NCBI GenBank assembly: GCA_965205485.1 | Contig: OZ242180.1 | Coordinates: forward strand, 2,752,001 to 2,816,000 | Length of the DNA: 64,000 nucleotides | Direction of reading: 5' to 3' | Source of the DNA: Candidatus Latescibacterota bacterium | GTDB lineage: Bacteria; Latescibacterota; UBA2968; GCA-2709665 | Part shown: positions 19,512 to 28,458 of the stretch, in pieces | How the letters are laid out: each line of letters opens with the position of its first letter | Position numbering within the stretch: position 1 is the stretch's first letter | Notes under the pieces: generated by a model | The model's input: the letters and a program-made list of their open reading frames with translations, nothing else | What the model was told of the DNA's origin: nothing | Databases searched by the model: none | Translations under genes and position numbers: made by a program

Positions 19512-20606
19512 TTAGTCCTGCATCAGCGGGAGTTGCACAGGCTGTCCGGTTTCGTAACACTGCAAGGCCGCAAACGCAATCTCGTGCGTAACAATCGCGT
19601 CGTCCAGGTTGCAGTGCGATTCCGTGCCGGTCTGAATGCATTCCACGAAGTGATCCATCTGACCCTGGAACGGGTGGTGGGTCACGTCCGCGCTGTCCGG
19701 CAGGATCGCCGGAATCTCCACCCAGCTGTTCTGTCCGGGATACTTGTGCGACCAGACCCTGTTGTCTTTTACGGTACCCTTGTTACCGAAAATTTCTACC
19801 GGGAACGTGTAGGGCATGATGCACCCATAGTTCACAGAGACCTTTCCGACGGCCCCATTTGAAAACTTCACCAGGGCGACTTCCAGGTCGTCGTACTCCA
19901 GGGGAAGGCCGTCCACCCACTTGTTGGCCAGGTAGTCGAACTCTTTCTTGAGACCCTTCCGGTAACCGCCCGAATAGGCGAACACCTCCACGGGTTTCGC
20001 CGCTTCGAACTCGCCTTGGGCCGCGAACCAGCGCAGGGAGTCGATGGCGTGGCATCCGCCGGTCAGAAACGCGCTCACGCCCGTACTCGTCTTTCTGGCC
20101 TCGTCCCAGCCCGTCCACCAGCTTGCGATATCGTGCTGATAGTCGGCTTCCACGTAGAAGACGTCTCCCAGGGCGTCGTCGGCGACCATGGACTTGATGG
20201 TCTCGAACAGCGGATTCCATCGCAGCACGAAGCTCACGACCGTACGAACGCCCGCCTCGTTCACCGCCGTGCGCATGGCCCTGATCTCGTCCAGGCTGTT
20301 GGCGATGGGCTTCTCGATGACGACGTGTTTCCCGCCCTCCGCCGCGGCGATGGTATTCTCGGCGTGAAAGCGCTGCGGCGTGCAGACGCACACGATGTCA
20401 ACACCGTCGTGCGACAGCGCCTGCTCATAGTTGTCGTACAGACCGATGCCCTCCAGACCGGCCTCTTCGGCACGCGTCCGGGCGCTGGACAGTTTCCGGC
20501 TGGATACAGCCACCACTTCGGTATGCGGGTTGTTGGTGAAGGCCATGATGTGCTGCGTGGAAACCCAGCCCGCGCCGTGTACAAGAACTCCCAGTTTTTC
20601 GGCCAT
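19512..20606 (-). CDS. Gfo/Idh/MocA oxidoreductase
   Basis: HGAGWVS, CTP, HVVIEKP, GCHAIDSL; RBS ggagg before MAEKL. Confidence 0.9.
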   Translation of the reverse strand: MAEKLGVLVHGAGWVSTQHIMAFTNNPHTEVVAVSSRKLSSARTRAEEAGLEGIGLYDNYEQALSHDGVDIVCVCTPQRFHAENTIAAAEGGKHVVIEKPIANSLDEIRAMRTAVNEAGVRTVVSFVLRWNPLFETIKSMVADDALGDVFYVEADYQHDIASWWTGWDEARKTSTGVSAFLTGGCHAIDSLRWFAAQGEFEAAKPVEVFAYSGGYRKGLKKEFDYLANKWVDGLPLEYDDLEVALVKFSNGAVGKVSVNYGCIMPYTFPVEIFGNKGTVKDNRVWSHKYPGQNSWVEIPAILPDSADVTHHPFQGQMDHFVECIQTGTESHCNLDDAIVTHEIAFAALQCYETGQPVQLPLMQD

Positions 20607-20684
20607 CTCAAACCTCCTTGGCGTGTTTTCGGGCGGCGGGCGGCCGCGCGTCTGCCTGGATGCGCCCCCGACCCGGTAGTGCAA

Positions 20685-22115
20685 CTACAACCGTGACTGA
20701 TCGAAGAGCGGCACATGCGACAGGGCCGCTTCGCCAACTTCCAGTGAGCCTCCCGTCACCGGTGTATTGTTTCTGATGTAATCCATGAGCAGGTGGTGAT
20801 ACGCCTCTGCGACGTCGGGATGATCTGCCGCCACGTTATGCAGTTCATCGGGATCGGACACCAGATCGTAGAGCTCGGGCGGCGCCAGCGGTTGCGCGTT
20901 TCCGTCCGCCGACGCGGGGTTGTTCTTCACCCAGGGTGTCTGGTAGTTCCATTCCCTGCTGCGAACGCTGGCGTAGTTGCCGAACGCGGTAGTCACGTGG
21001 TCCGGCCCGCCCTCAGACTCTCCCGTCACGTATTTCCGGAGATCTTCGCCCAGACATCGATCCGGGGCATCGATCCCCATCAGTCCCAGAAGGGTGGGCA
21101 TCAGGTCCTGGTGTTGCACAAAGGCATTCGCGACGCTGCCGCCAAAGGTATCCACGTCCGGGTGCCGAATGATCAGAGGCACCTGCGTGCATTGCCAGCG
21201 CAGCCGGCTGGGACCTTTATGGAGTTGCCCCTGTTCTCCCATCATCGTGCCGTGGTCGGAGAGGAAGACGACGATCGAGTTTTCCAGCAGCCCGAGGTCT
21301 TCCGCAGTTTCCATCAGCCTCCCGAACCACCGGTCGATCAGCGCGCAAAGGCCCCGGTAGTGCGCCCGCACCCGGTGTACCTGGTTTTCGCTCATCCCCT
21401 CCGTGCTGGCCGGTGGAAATATCCACTCCACGCCGTCGTGGTCGTCCCCTTCATAATGTTGTTCCACCAGTTCGGGAGGGGCAAACCATGGTTCGTGCGG
21501 AAAGAAGCACTCCAGCCAGAGCATGAACGGCTGCTGCCGCGCATTTTCCCTGAGGAATTCGATGCCCTTCCGAAGCACCCGCACGCTGCACCAGTCGGTC
21601 TCGTCTTTCCAGTCCCGGCTGTTCATCAGAAACTGGGTCAGCACGGGCGAGCCCACGCCGGTTGGATCGAACCGGCCAACCGGAACGGCGTCCCGGGGCC
21701 CGGCCACAACGTAGTCCATTTCCTGACCGCGTTCCCAGTTGAACTGGACGAACCCCCGGTGGAAGTTCTTGCCCGGCTTGAACTGGTGCGGCAGATCGCT
21801 GATCAGCCCCGTTACGTATCCGTGTTCGACCAGCCACTCCGCCAGCGTCACGTCTTCGTGAAACAGGGGATGCCAGCCGGCAAGCTGCACCCGGTCCCAT
21901 TTCTGAGGCGCCCACAGGAACGGGAAGATCGGCCGCCCGGTATAGAGCACCCGGCGGGCGGGCAGCGTGGGTATGCCTTCGCCGAATGCGGAATCGAAAC
22001 GCACGCCTTCCTCGGCAAGGCGGTCGATATTGGGCGTCCGGACCGGCGAGTCGTCCCGGTAACAGCTCAGATGGTCCACGCGGAAGGTGTCGCTGCACAA
22101 CACGATCAGATTCAC
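20685..22115 (-). CDS. sulfatase-fold hydrolase (TxPxR motif)
   Basis: SDTFR, TPNIDRLA, PTLPARRVLYTG, PHEPW, SDHG. Confidence 0.85.
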   Translation of the reverse strand: MNLIVLCSDTFRVDHLSCYRDDSPVRTPNIDRLAEEGVRFDSAFGEGIPTLPARRVLYTGRPIFPFLWAPQKWDRVQLAGWHPLFHEDVTLAEWLVEHGYVTGLISDLPHQFKPGKNFHRGFVQFNWERGQEMDYVVAGPRDAVPVGRFDPTGVGSPVLTQFLMNSRDWKDETDWCSVRVLRKGIEFLRENARQQPFMLWLECFFPHEPWFAPPELVEQHYEGDDHDGVEWIFPPASTEGMSENQVHRVRAHYRGLCALIDRWFGRLMETAEDLGLLENSIVVFLSDHGTMMGEQGQLHKGPSRLRWQCTQVPLIIRHPDVDTFGGSVANAFVQHQDLMPTLLGLMGIDAPDRCLGEDLRKYVTGESEGGPDHVTTAFGNYASVRSREWNYQTPWVKNNPASADGNAQPLAPPELYDLVSDPDELHNVAADHPDVAEAYHHLLMDYIRNNTPVTGGSLEVGEAALSHVPLFDQSRL

Positions 22116-22199
22116 AGAAACCTCGGTACGACCCGCGAGGGAGAATAGAAAAGCGGCATTGGGGGCGACTCGCGGCGTGTCCCCGGCGATCTGAAACGC

Positions 22200-22802
22200 T
22201 TAGTCGACCACGTTCCGTCCGCCGTCGTCCAGGCTGTCGGGACGCCGCCAGTACGTGAATTGGGGCGTCCAGTCTTCTTCGCCGAGGCCGGCCAGCCCCA
22301 ACAGCGGCCACATCGAGCAATAAATGTCACCCGGGCCGAACACACACGCGTTCTTGCGGAGAATCGTGTCAGCGTCGCGCTCGTAAACCACCGCGCCGGG
22401 GAAGTTGTCGTCCCCTTCCATCACGGATTGCTCGCGGATGTAGTCTCCGCCGCCGTGGGAGGCCAGTTGAAACCGCCACCCGCGCGCGTTCGCGAAACGG
22501 CGCTGGGTTTCCGGCGGGTCCTTCGACAGGAGGACCACCGCCAGAGCGGACTCCAGATGCGGGAGCAGTCCGTTGAAGCCGTCCGCCCAGAGCGTGCAAT
22601 AGCGGCAGCCCTGGCCCATGTTGTGGATGGCCAGCAGCCTGTCCCTGTCGCCGAACAGGTCGAGCAGCGTGGCTTCGCCCGCCATCGTTTCAAACGTGTA
22701 ATTGGGGACAGGCGTTGCCGGGTTTTCTTTCTGCAGGGCGTGGAGTTCCGCCATCAGTTCACCAATTTGCCGCTCCAGTTCCAGGATTCTATCGTTCGAC
22801 AT
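22200..22802 (-). CDS. DUF899 family thioredoxin-like protein
   Basis: TLLDLFGDRDRLLAIHNMGQGCRYCTLWADGFNG. Confidence 0.8.
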   Translation of the reverse strand: MSNDRILELERQIGELMAELHALQKENPATPVPNYTFETMAGEATLLDLFGDRDRLLAIHNMGQGCRYCTLWADGFNGLLPHLESALAVVLLSKDPPETQRRFANARGWRFQLASHGGGDYIREQSVMEGDDNFPGAVVYERDADTILRKNACVFGPGDIYCSMWPLLGLAGLGEEDWTPQFTYWRRPDSLDDGGRNVVD

Positions 22803-22996
22803 ATCCCGCCTCTTGCAATGGTCAGATGGCGTATTCCGACAAGCGCCGACGCGCGCCTCAGACGCCTGCGACTGGCCGTTCCGTCAGATCCGAAAACGGA
22901 CTGTTAACCTAATGCCTGAGCCCAAACGCCGCAAGCGGAATAGATATCCGGCGGGACAGCGCCTCCGGCTCGAACTGTTCGTTGAGCGGAAGGCCA

Positions 22997-23025
22997 TTGA
23001 CATCGCCAGACGTACCGGATATCTT
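22997..23025 (+). promoter_or_regulatory. sigma70-type promoter
   Basis: TTGACA-N17-TATCTT upstream of the isomerase gene. Confidence 0.55.
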
Positions 23026-23077
23026 GAAACGAACGTCCATCTTCGGGTAATGCGAGTCATCCGACACGGATCCAGCC

Positions 23078-24064
23078 ATGCTACCGAGCGTGCTTCCTCT
23101 AAAACCCTATTTCCGAGAGATGATCTGGGGCGGACGCGGGCTGCGAGAGCATTTCGACAAGGCCCTGCCGCCCGGACGGCTCTACGGCGAATCCTGGGAA
23201 GTCTCCGCGTACCCGGGCATGGAGAGTACCGTCGCGGCCGGCCCGCTTTACGGACGGTCCCTTCGCTCCCTTGTTGAATCGCACGGCCGCGAGTTGCTCG
23301 GCGACGTGGTCTTTGACCGTTACGGAGGCGAATTCCCCCTGCTCGTCAAGCTGCTGGACGCACAACAGGACCTTTCCATCCAGGTACACCCGGACGATGC
23401 CTACGCCCGGATGAAACGTCCGGGGGAATTCGGGAAAATGGAAGCCTGGTACGTGCTCCGATCGGAAGACGGCCGCATCGCGTGCGGCCTGAAACCCGGT
23501 GTTGACAGATCCGCGTTCGTCGATGCGATCCACAACAACCGCGTCTCGGATGCCGTCGAGTTTTACCACGCCCGCCAAGGGGACGTCGTCTTCATCCCGC
23601 CGGGAACGGTCCACGCCCTCTGCGCCGGGGTCATGGTTTACGAGGTCCAGCAATCCAGCGACATCACCTTCCGCATTTTCGACTACAACCGCACCGGCGC
23701 CGACGGGAAACCCAGGGAGTTGCATATTGACGACGCCCTGGCGGTCATCGATTTCGACGGTCCGCGCCGGAAACCCGTGGCGTCGTCCACGCTATCCTCG
23801 ACAGGTCCCAGCCGGACAGTTCTCGTCGAGTCCGAACACTTCCGGCTGGAACGTTTCAATCCCTCCGGAAACAGAGTCGATCATCCACCTCGCACTTCGG
23901 TATCGGCGGTCACGTTTATTCACGGCAGCGCCGGAATCCGCGGCGGCGACGACGCCTTTCACGCGAGGATAGGGGGCACGTTTCTCGTCCGCGCGGGCCG
24001 TGACTTTGCCGTCATCCGCCGCGATAATTTCCCCGCCGAATACCTGGTTGCGTCGGTTCCTTAA
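23078..24064 (+). CDS. manA: mannose-6-phosphate isomerase, class I (cupin)
   Basis: WGG, GESWE, FPLLVKLLDA, LSIQVHPDD, GKMEAWY, GTVHA, EVQQSSD. Confidence 0.9.
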   Translation: MLPSVLPLKPYFREMIWGGRGLREHFDKALPPGRLYGESWEVSAYPGMESTVAAGPLYGRSLRSLVESHGRELLGDVVFDRYGGEFPLLVKLLDAQQDLSIQVHPDDAYARMKRPGEFGKMEAWYVLRSEDGRIACGLKPGVDRSAFVDAIHNNRVSDAVEFYHARQGDVVFIPPGTVHALCAGVMVYEVQQSSDITFRIFDYNRTGADGKPRELHIDDALAVIDFDGPRRKPVASSTLSSTGPSRTVLVESEHFRLERFNPSGNRVDHPPRTSVSAVTFIHGSAGIRGGDDAFHARIGGTFLVRAGRDFAVIRRDNFPAEYLVASVP

Positions 24065-24088
24065 GTCGTCCGCGATTTCGACAAAATG

Positions 24089-24121
24089 AAGCCCCGGAGA
24101 AGCAATTCTCCGGGGCTTTTT
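24089..24121. terminator. hairpin terminator between convergent genes
   Basis: aagccccggagaa-gcaa-ttctccggggctt followed by Ts. Confidence 0.8.
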
Positions 24122-24148
24122 GGGACCGACTTCGTCTCGAACGCGAAT

Positions 24149-24604
24149 TCACACAACATTCTCACGGTCGCGACTGTTCGCCATTTCGGCCGTGATTTGC
24201 ATTAAATGATCCAGTTCTTCAGGCGCGTATACCGGGATGGTTGCGCGTTTGAAATCGCCGATGTTTCTGGTTACGATTCCGTCCGCATTCACGTTCAGGG
24301 CCGCATGATACATTACTGCGTCCTCGAAGTCCGTGAATTTCGACTGGAGGGCTCCTTCCAGCACGGCCAGGTTTACCGGCGCGACGTCAAGCAGGTCTAT
24401 CAGGTTTCCGATTTCGCGGCGCGCCTGGCGATCTCCTACCGTTCTGCGAGCAAGATAGTGGACGGTCGTCACGGTCGTCGCGCTGATAAATCCGGACATC
24501 TCGCCCTCGTCGACCCTGGAAAAAAGCCGGGCGGCGATATCTGAAAACGGCTCGCGATCCAGCAGAAGATCCAGCACCACGTTGGTATCGAAGAGAATCT
24601 TCAA
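24149..24604 (-). CDS. PIN-domain toxin (VapC-like)
   Basis: ILFDTNVVLD, DFEDA, IVTRNIGDF. Confidence 0.9.
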   Translation of the reverse strand: MKILFDTNVVLDLLLDREPFSDIAARLFSRVDEGEMSGFISATTVTTVHYLARRTVGDRQARREIGNLIDLLDVAPVNLAVLEGALQSKFTDFEDAVMYHAALNVNADGIVTRNIGDFKRATIPVYAPEELDHLMQITAEMANSRDRENVV

Positions 24605-24831
24605 AGATATTTGTCCTCGAGATACCTCCGGTAATCTTCCGGGCTGGCGCCTCGCAACGAGCCCTTCATCGATCGCACCGTGGGACTGATATCAGGTCCA
24701 TCCCGTCCACGTCCCAGAAGCACGAAATAGTCGGCGACGATCCGGGAGACGGATTTCCCTCTGGACCTCGCGAATTCTTTGGCGACGCCGATGAGTTCTT
24801 CTTCCAGCCGAAGCGTGAGCTTGGTCTGCAT
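24601..24831 (-). CDS. ribbon-helix-helix-type antitoxin (DUF6364-like)
   Basis: MQTKLTLRLEEELI..AKEFA..GKSVSRIV...YLEDKY; 4-nt overlap with the PIN gene. Confidence 0.85.
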   Translation of the reverse strand: MQTKLTLRLEEELIGVAKEFARSRGKSVSRIVADYFVLLGRGRDGPDISPTVRSMKGSLRGASPEDYRRYLEDKYL

Positions 24832-24850
24832 TTCATTCTCTCAATTTAGA

Positions 24851-24881
24851 TGACGTATTACTTTTCGAAAAATATACGTCA
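24851..24881. promoter_or_regulatory. palindromic operator upstream of the TA pair
   Basis: TGACGTAT-tacttttcgaaaaat-ATACGTCA, overlapping a minus-strand TTGACG. Confidence 0.65.
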
Positions 24882-24988
24882 AGCAGGTCGCTATGTCAAG
24901 ATTGGGGTATATGAAAAAGGCGCCGGCAAAGCGACGCCCTAAACGACTATATCATGCGAAGCACGAACCGTTGTCCGAGTTGTCGCGT

Positions 24989-25447
24989 CTACTCCTCTCC
25001 GTCGTAATATTCCGCATCGGTCATGCGGCCCAGCTTGCCCGGAGGCCGGATGGCCCATTTGTCCGAATCCGGATAGTAGCAGGGATCGCAGACGGGGTTG
25101 TCGGCAATGACGTAGTAGACCATGTCTTCGTCCTCGCTGGGATTGCGAATGTGGTGCGCCGTGCCGGGCGGCTGGACGAACACGTCGCCGGCCTCGACCT
25201 CGAACGTTCGGTTGTTCCGACGGACGATACCGCGGCCGCTGACGACGATGTAGAACTCCCACTGGACCTGGTGCGCGTGATACGGGAAGTTGGTCATGCC
25301 GGCAGGAATCCGCACCCAGTCGACTTCGAACGGCTGCCCTTCGGTTCCCAGGGCGCCCGAAATGTCCTTTCGCGATACGCAGAAACTCCCGCGGGGCGAA
25401 CGATGCAGCTTTTCGTCTAAATCGGGTTCATGGATCTTTTCAATCAT
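24989..25447 (-). CDS. cupin domain protein
   Basis: PYHAHQVQWEFY...GDVF..PPGTAHH...YPDSDKW. Confidence 0.85.
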   Translation of the reverse strand: MIEKIHEPDLDEKLHRSPRGSFCVSRKDISGALGTEGQPFEVDWVRIPAGMTNFPYHAHQVQWEFYIVVSGRGIVRRNNRTFEVEAGDVFVQPPGTAHHIRNPSEDEDMVYYVIADNPVCDPCYYPDSDKWAIRPPGKLGRMTDAEYYDGEE

Positions 25448-25481
25448 ATTGTCTTCCTCCCAAAAAGCCGCGAACGATCCT

Positions 25482-26147
25482 TCAGGCGCCCCGCATCCAA
25501 CCACCGGCCACCCTGGCCAGTTCCTCCAGAACGGGTTCGTTGGTATTCCTTCGTTTCAGCACCTTGAACCCGTGGTCCGCGGTATCCACCACGTGGAGCG
25601 TCGCATGGTTCAGCCCGTGAACGACGGGCTCGAGCAGTTTCATGTCCGCCATCTTGTCGCGCTGCCCTGAGAGAAACAGCATCGGTACCGATACATCCTG
25701 CAGATGTCCGGCGCGCTCTACATTCGGTTTTCCCGCGTGCAGGGGAAATGCGAAAAACACGATTCCCCTCAATCCATCCATCGGTTCCTGCGAACAGGCC
25801 ATGGAGACCATGCGCCCGCTCATGGAATGCCCGCCCGCGAAAACTGGCAGGCAGTTCGCATGATCCAAAGCGGTCGCGACGGCGGCGCGCACCGTGGCCA
25901 GGCGCACCTTCTCTCCGTCCATGCCCCCGCCCCTTTCGGAGTAGGGATAGTTGAATCGAAATGTGGCGATGTCCGCGTCGTTTAACACATCGCTCAGATC
26001 CTGCATGAACGCGTGACGCATATTGGTGCCGGCGCCATGGCCCAGAACGAGCAGCGCATCCGCCCCGTCCGGCTTCGCGATCAACCCAGACACCTCGCCC
26101 TTTTCTTCCGTCGCAAGAAACTTCAAATCTACGGTTTCAACGGGCAT
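25482..26147 (-). CDS. alpha/beta hydrolase (KANL3/Tex30-like)
   Basis: HGAG, RFNYPY, GGHSMSGR nucleophile elbow, GQRD, ADHGF. Confidence 0.85.
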   Translation of the reverse strand: MPVETVDLKFLATEEKGEVSGLIAKPDGADALLVLGHGAGTNMRHAFMQDLSDVLNDADIATFRFNYPYSERGGGMDGEKVRLATVRAAVATALDHANCLPVFAGGHSMSGRMVSMACSQEPMDGLRGIVFFAFPLHAGKPNVERAGHLQDVSVPMLFLSGQRDKMADMKLLEPVVHGLNHATLHVVDTADHGFKVLKRRNTNEPVLEELARVAGGWMRGA

Positions 26148-26394
26148 GAGTTTTCCTTCCTGAATGACTTGGACTGTGGTTGCTGGCACTGTTTCGCAAA
26201 TCGTCAGTCTGTGATTTCTGGTCCACCGCCATCGCCTTCCCGTCAATTACCGGTAATTGTAGGGGCGTCCCTTGTGGGCGCCCGGCCTCTTGAGGGAATC
26301 TGCAATGTTCCGCGCCGCGGTGTCGCCGCATTCTTTCCCTGGAGCGAGGGCATCCTGCCGTCGAAGCCTGACGTCAGATGCAGTCGAATTCGGG

Positions 26395-26574
26395 TCAATT
26401 CACAGACGTCTTGTGTTTCATTCTCCCCGCCTGCTGGGACTGTTGCAGCAACTCCGTCCGTTTCTTCCAGAAAACCAGTTGTTCTTCCATCGTCATGCCC
26501 GCAGTCAGACTCCGGATTCGTTCAGCGCCGCGGCGTTTCATTTCAACGCAGTCAAACGTCTTCTTCGTCTTCAT
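26395..26574 (-). CDS. small hypothetical protein, antitoxin-like
   Basis: MKTKKTFDCVEMKRRGAERI...MTMEEQLVFW; RBS aggag. Confidence 0.6.
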   Translation of the reverse strand: MKTKKTFDCVEMKRRGAERIRSLTAGMTMEEQLVFWKKRTELLQQSQQAGRMKHKTSVN

Positions 26575-26634
26575 AATAAATCGTCTCCTGAGGGGAATGG
26601 ATCGCAATATCTGTGTGTCGGGAGGATGTTTTCA

Positions 26635-27096
26635 TCATCCCCACGTGATCCGCGAGTCGTCCGGCGTACCGCACGCGGGGCCGCCGTGATCGTCAGTCAA
26701 CTTCAGCCTCACGACGATGGGTTCATCCGACTCGAGCGCCTGTTCGATCTCCGGCCATTCCAGGTGCGTGAGCCGGATCTTGAGTCGCCGGAACATGTTG
26801 AATCGATCGGACCGCTTCACGCCCCAGGATAGATAGAAGAACCGGTCCCGGGGCCTGCCCTGCGCGTACGGACCCAGGAAATTGGGAGACCCGTCCCATT
26901 GTTTCCCGATCCTGAACTCCGGATGAAACACCACCCGATGCCGGTCGGCCGGGACCTGTTCGATAACTTCGGTCCCGCGCTGGATTCCCAGATACACCGG
27001 CTCCTTGACCCTGGGTTCGTGTTTGTAAGGGTCTTCGAAACGGAGTCCCGGCAATCGCGAGCACAGCACTTTCAATTTCAGCTGCTTATCTGACAT
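26635..27096 (-). CDS. DUF5990-like protein
   Basis: GIQRG, FLGPYAQGRPRDRFFYLSWG, MFRRLKI, LTDDHGGPAC. Confidence 0.7.
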   Translation of the reverse strand: MSDKQLKLKVLCSRLPGLRFEDPYKHEPRVKEPVYLGIQRGTEVIEQVPADRHRVVFHPEFRIGKQWDGSPNFLGPYAQGRPRDRFFYLSWGVKRSDRFNMFRRLKIRLTHLEWPEIEQALESDEPIVVRLKLTDDHGGPACGTPDDSRITWG

Positions 27097-27154
27097 CACA
27101 CCTGTCCGAAATCGTCTTTAACGACCGCAATCACGACATGATCCACCAGTAACC

Positions 27155-27302
27155 GGAGCGAGGGCATCCTGCCCTCGAACTTCGCGTCACCTACCGCTAT
27201 TCGCGTAGAGTGACTGATGGGGCCATTCAATCCGACACCAGGTCACGGAAAACACCGTGTGCGACGAGTTACCCGACGTCGAGGGCAGGATGCCCTCGCT
27301 CC
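27155..27302. repeat. inverted REP doublet (REPIN-like)
   Basis: ggagcgagggcatcctgccctcga at 27155-27178, exact reverse complement at 27279-27302; third copy with one mismatch from 26341. Confidence 0.8.
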
Positions 27303-27644
27303 CTGGAACGCCGACTGCACCGGCCCCGCCGCGTCTGCCGTATTACAATAAGCGACCCGCACACGATTTCCAATCCATTATTTGACCTGGGCGATTGTCG
27401 ACCGCTCGCAACAGGTGTGCATCGCACACACGTTTATCTCGGTAGATGGCAGGTGCATCATGTGACCCGGCCACGGCCTGCTGACGCTGATACGCTTTTT
27501 CAGATAACAAATAACTGATTGATATTATTAAATATAAGTTCAAATTACCGAAAAGTGGCTATAGAAAAATATGTCCCCGGTTCGTCTTGGCACGTTTCTT
27601 GATCTAATTACCTCCGCGTGAAATTTATCGTGCGGAGGGACCGT

Positions 27645-28361
27645 ATGCGACATGCTATCGTATTCGTGGTCGTTTTCCTGATGATGCCCGGGACGTCAAA
27701 TGCACAGGAGTTGGGTGTGAGTGTCTCTGGTGGCTATTCAATTCCTGGCGACAGTCGTCTCTACTGCGGCAGCGGTAGCCGCAGCGACTGGGACCTGCCG
27801 ACCGCTCGTCTCTACTGCGGCAGCGCCAACGAAGGGGAACTGCTGTCGGCTCAGATAGACTTCCATGAAATGCAGGCCGGGCTCGTTCTTTCCGGGGACT
27901 TCTTCTTACGCATCGAACCGTGTGACGTCGGCGTTGGCGCTTTCACCCATTCAAGCGGCCGTATCTCCGGCTCGTTGCTTTCAACGAACGCTCGAGGGAA
28001 AGAAGCCGGGTCGGTCGATTTCACGAGGTCTTTCAGGACGGCATTTGCATTCTTCCGGTGCCGTGCGACAACGAATTCCCGGCTAACGCCCTATCTTGGG
28101 GGCGGCATTGGCATTTACGGGCTACGTGAAAGTGAATCCTACGAGTATTCCAAATGGGAAAAGGGTCGGCTTCTTCAGGTGGTCGCGGGGGGCGAAGCCC
28201 GTTTGACCGAGAGCTCTTCCAGAGTCTTCACGGAAATCGGCGTAAATTTCGCCGTACTCGACGATGAACCGGAACCGGGCTGGGACATAGTCAAATGTTG
28301 TGGATGGAACATGGCCTTTGCAACATTGACCGTCGCCATCGGCCTGAGGTTCGCCCACTAG
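27645..28361 (+). CDS. putative small outer-membrane beta-barrel protein
   Basis: Signal peptide, PYLGGGIG strand, C-terminal TLTVAIGLRF; RBS ggagg. Confidence 0.6.
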   Translation: MRHAIVFVVVFLMMPGTSNAQELGVSVSGGYSIPGDSRLYCGSGSRSDWDLPTARLYCGSANEGELLSAQIDFHEMQAGLVLSGDFFLRIEPCDVGVGAFTHSSGRISGSLLSTNARGKEAGSVDFTRSFRTAFAFFRCRATTNSRLTPYLGGGIGIYGLRESESYEYSKWEKGRLLQVVAGGEARLTESSSRVFTEIGVNFAVLDDEPEPGWDIVKCCGWNMAFATLTVAIGLRFAH

Positions 28362-28458
28362 CCGCAAACCGTTAAGTCGACGCCGTACACAAGAATGCCC
28401 GGGCGGGGGATTGTCCGAACGGGCATGGCGGGTTGCCTTTTGTTGCTCTGGGCATTCG

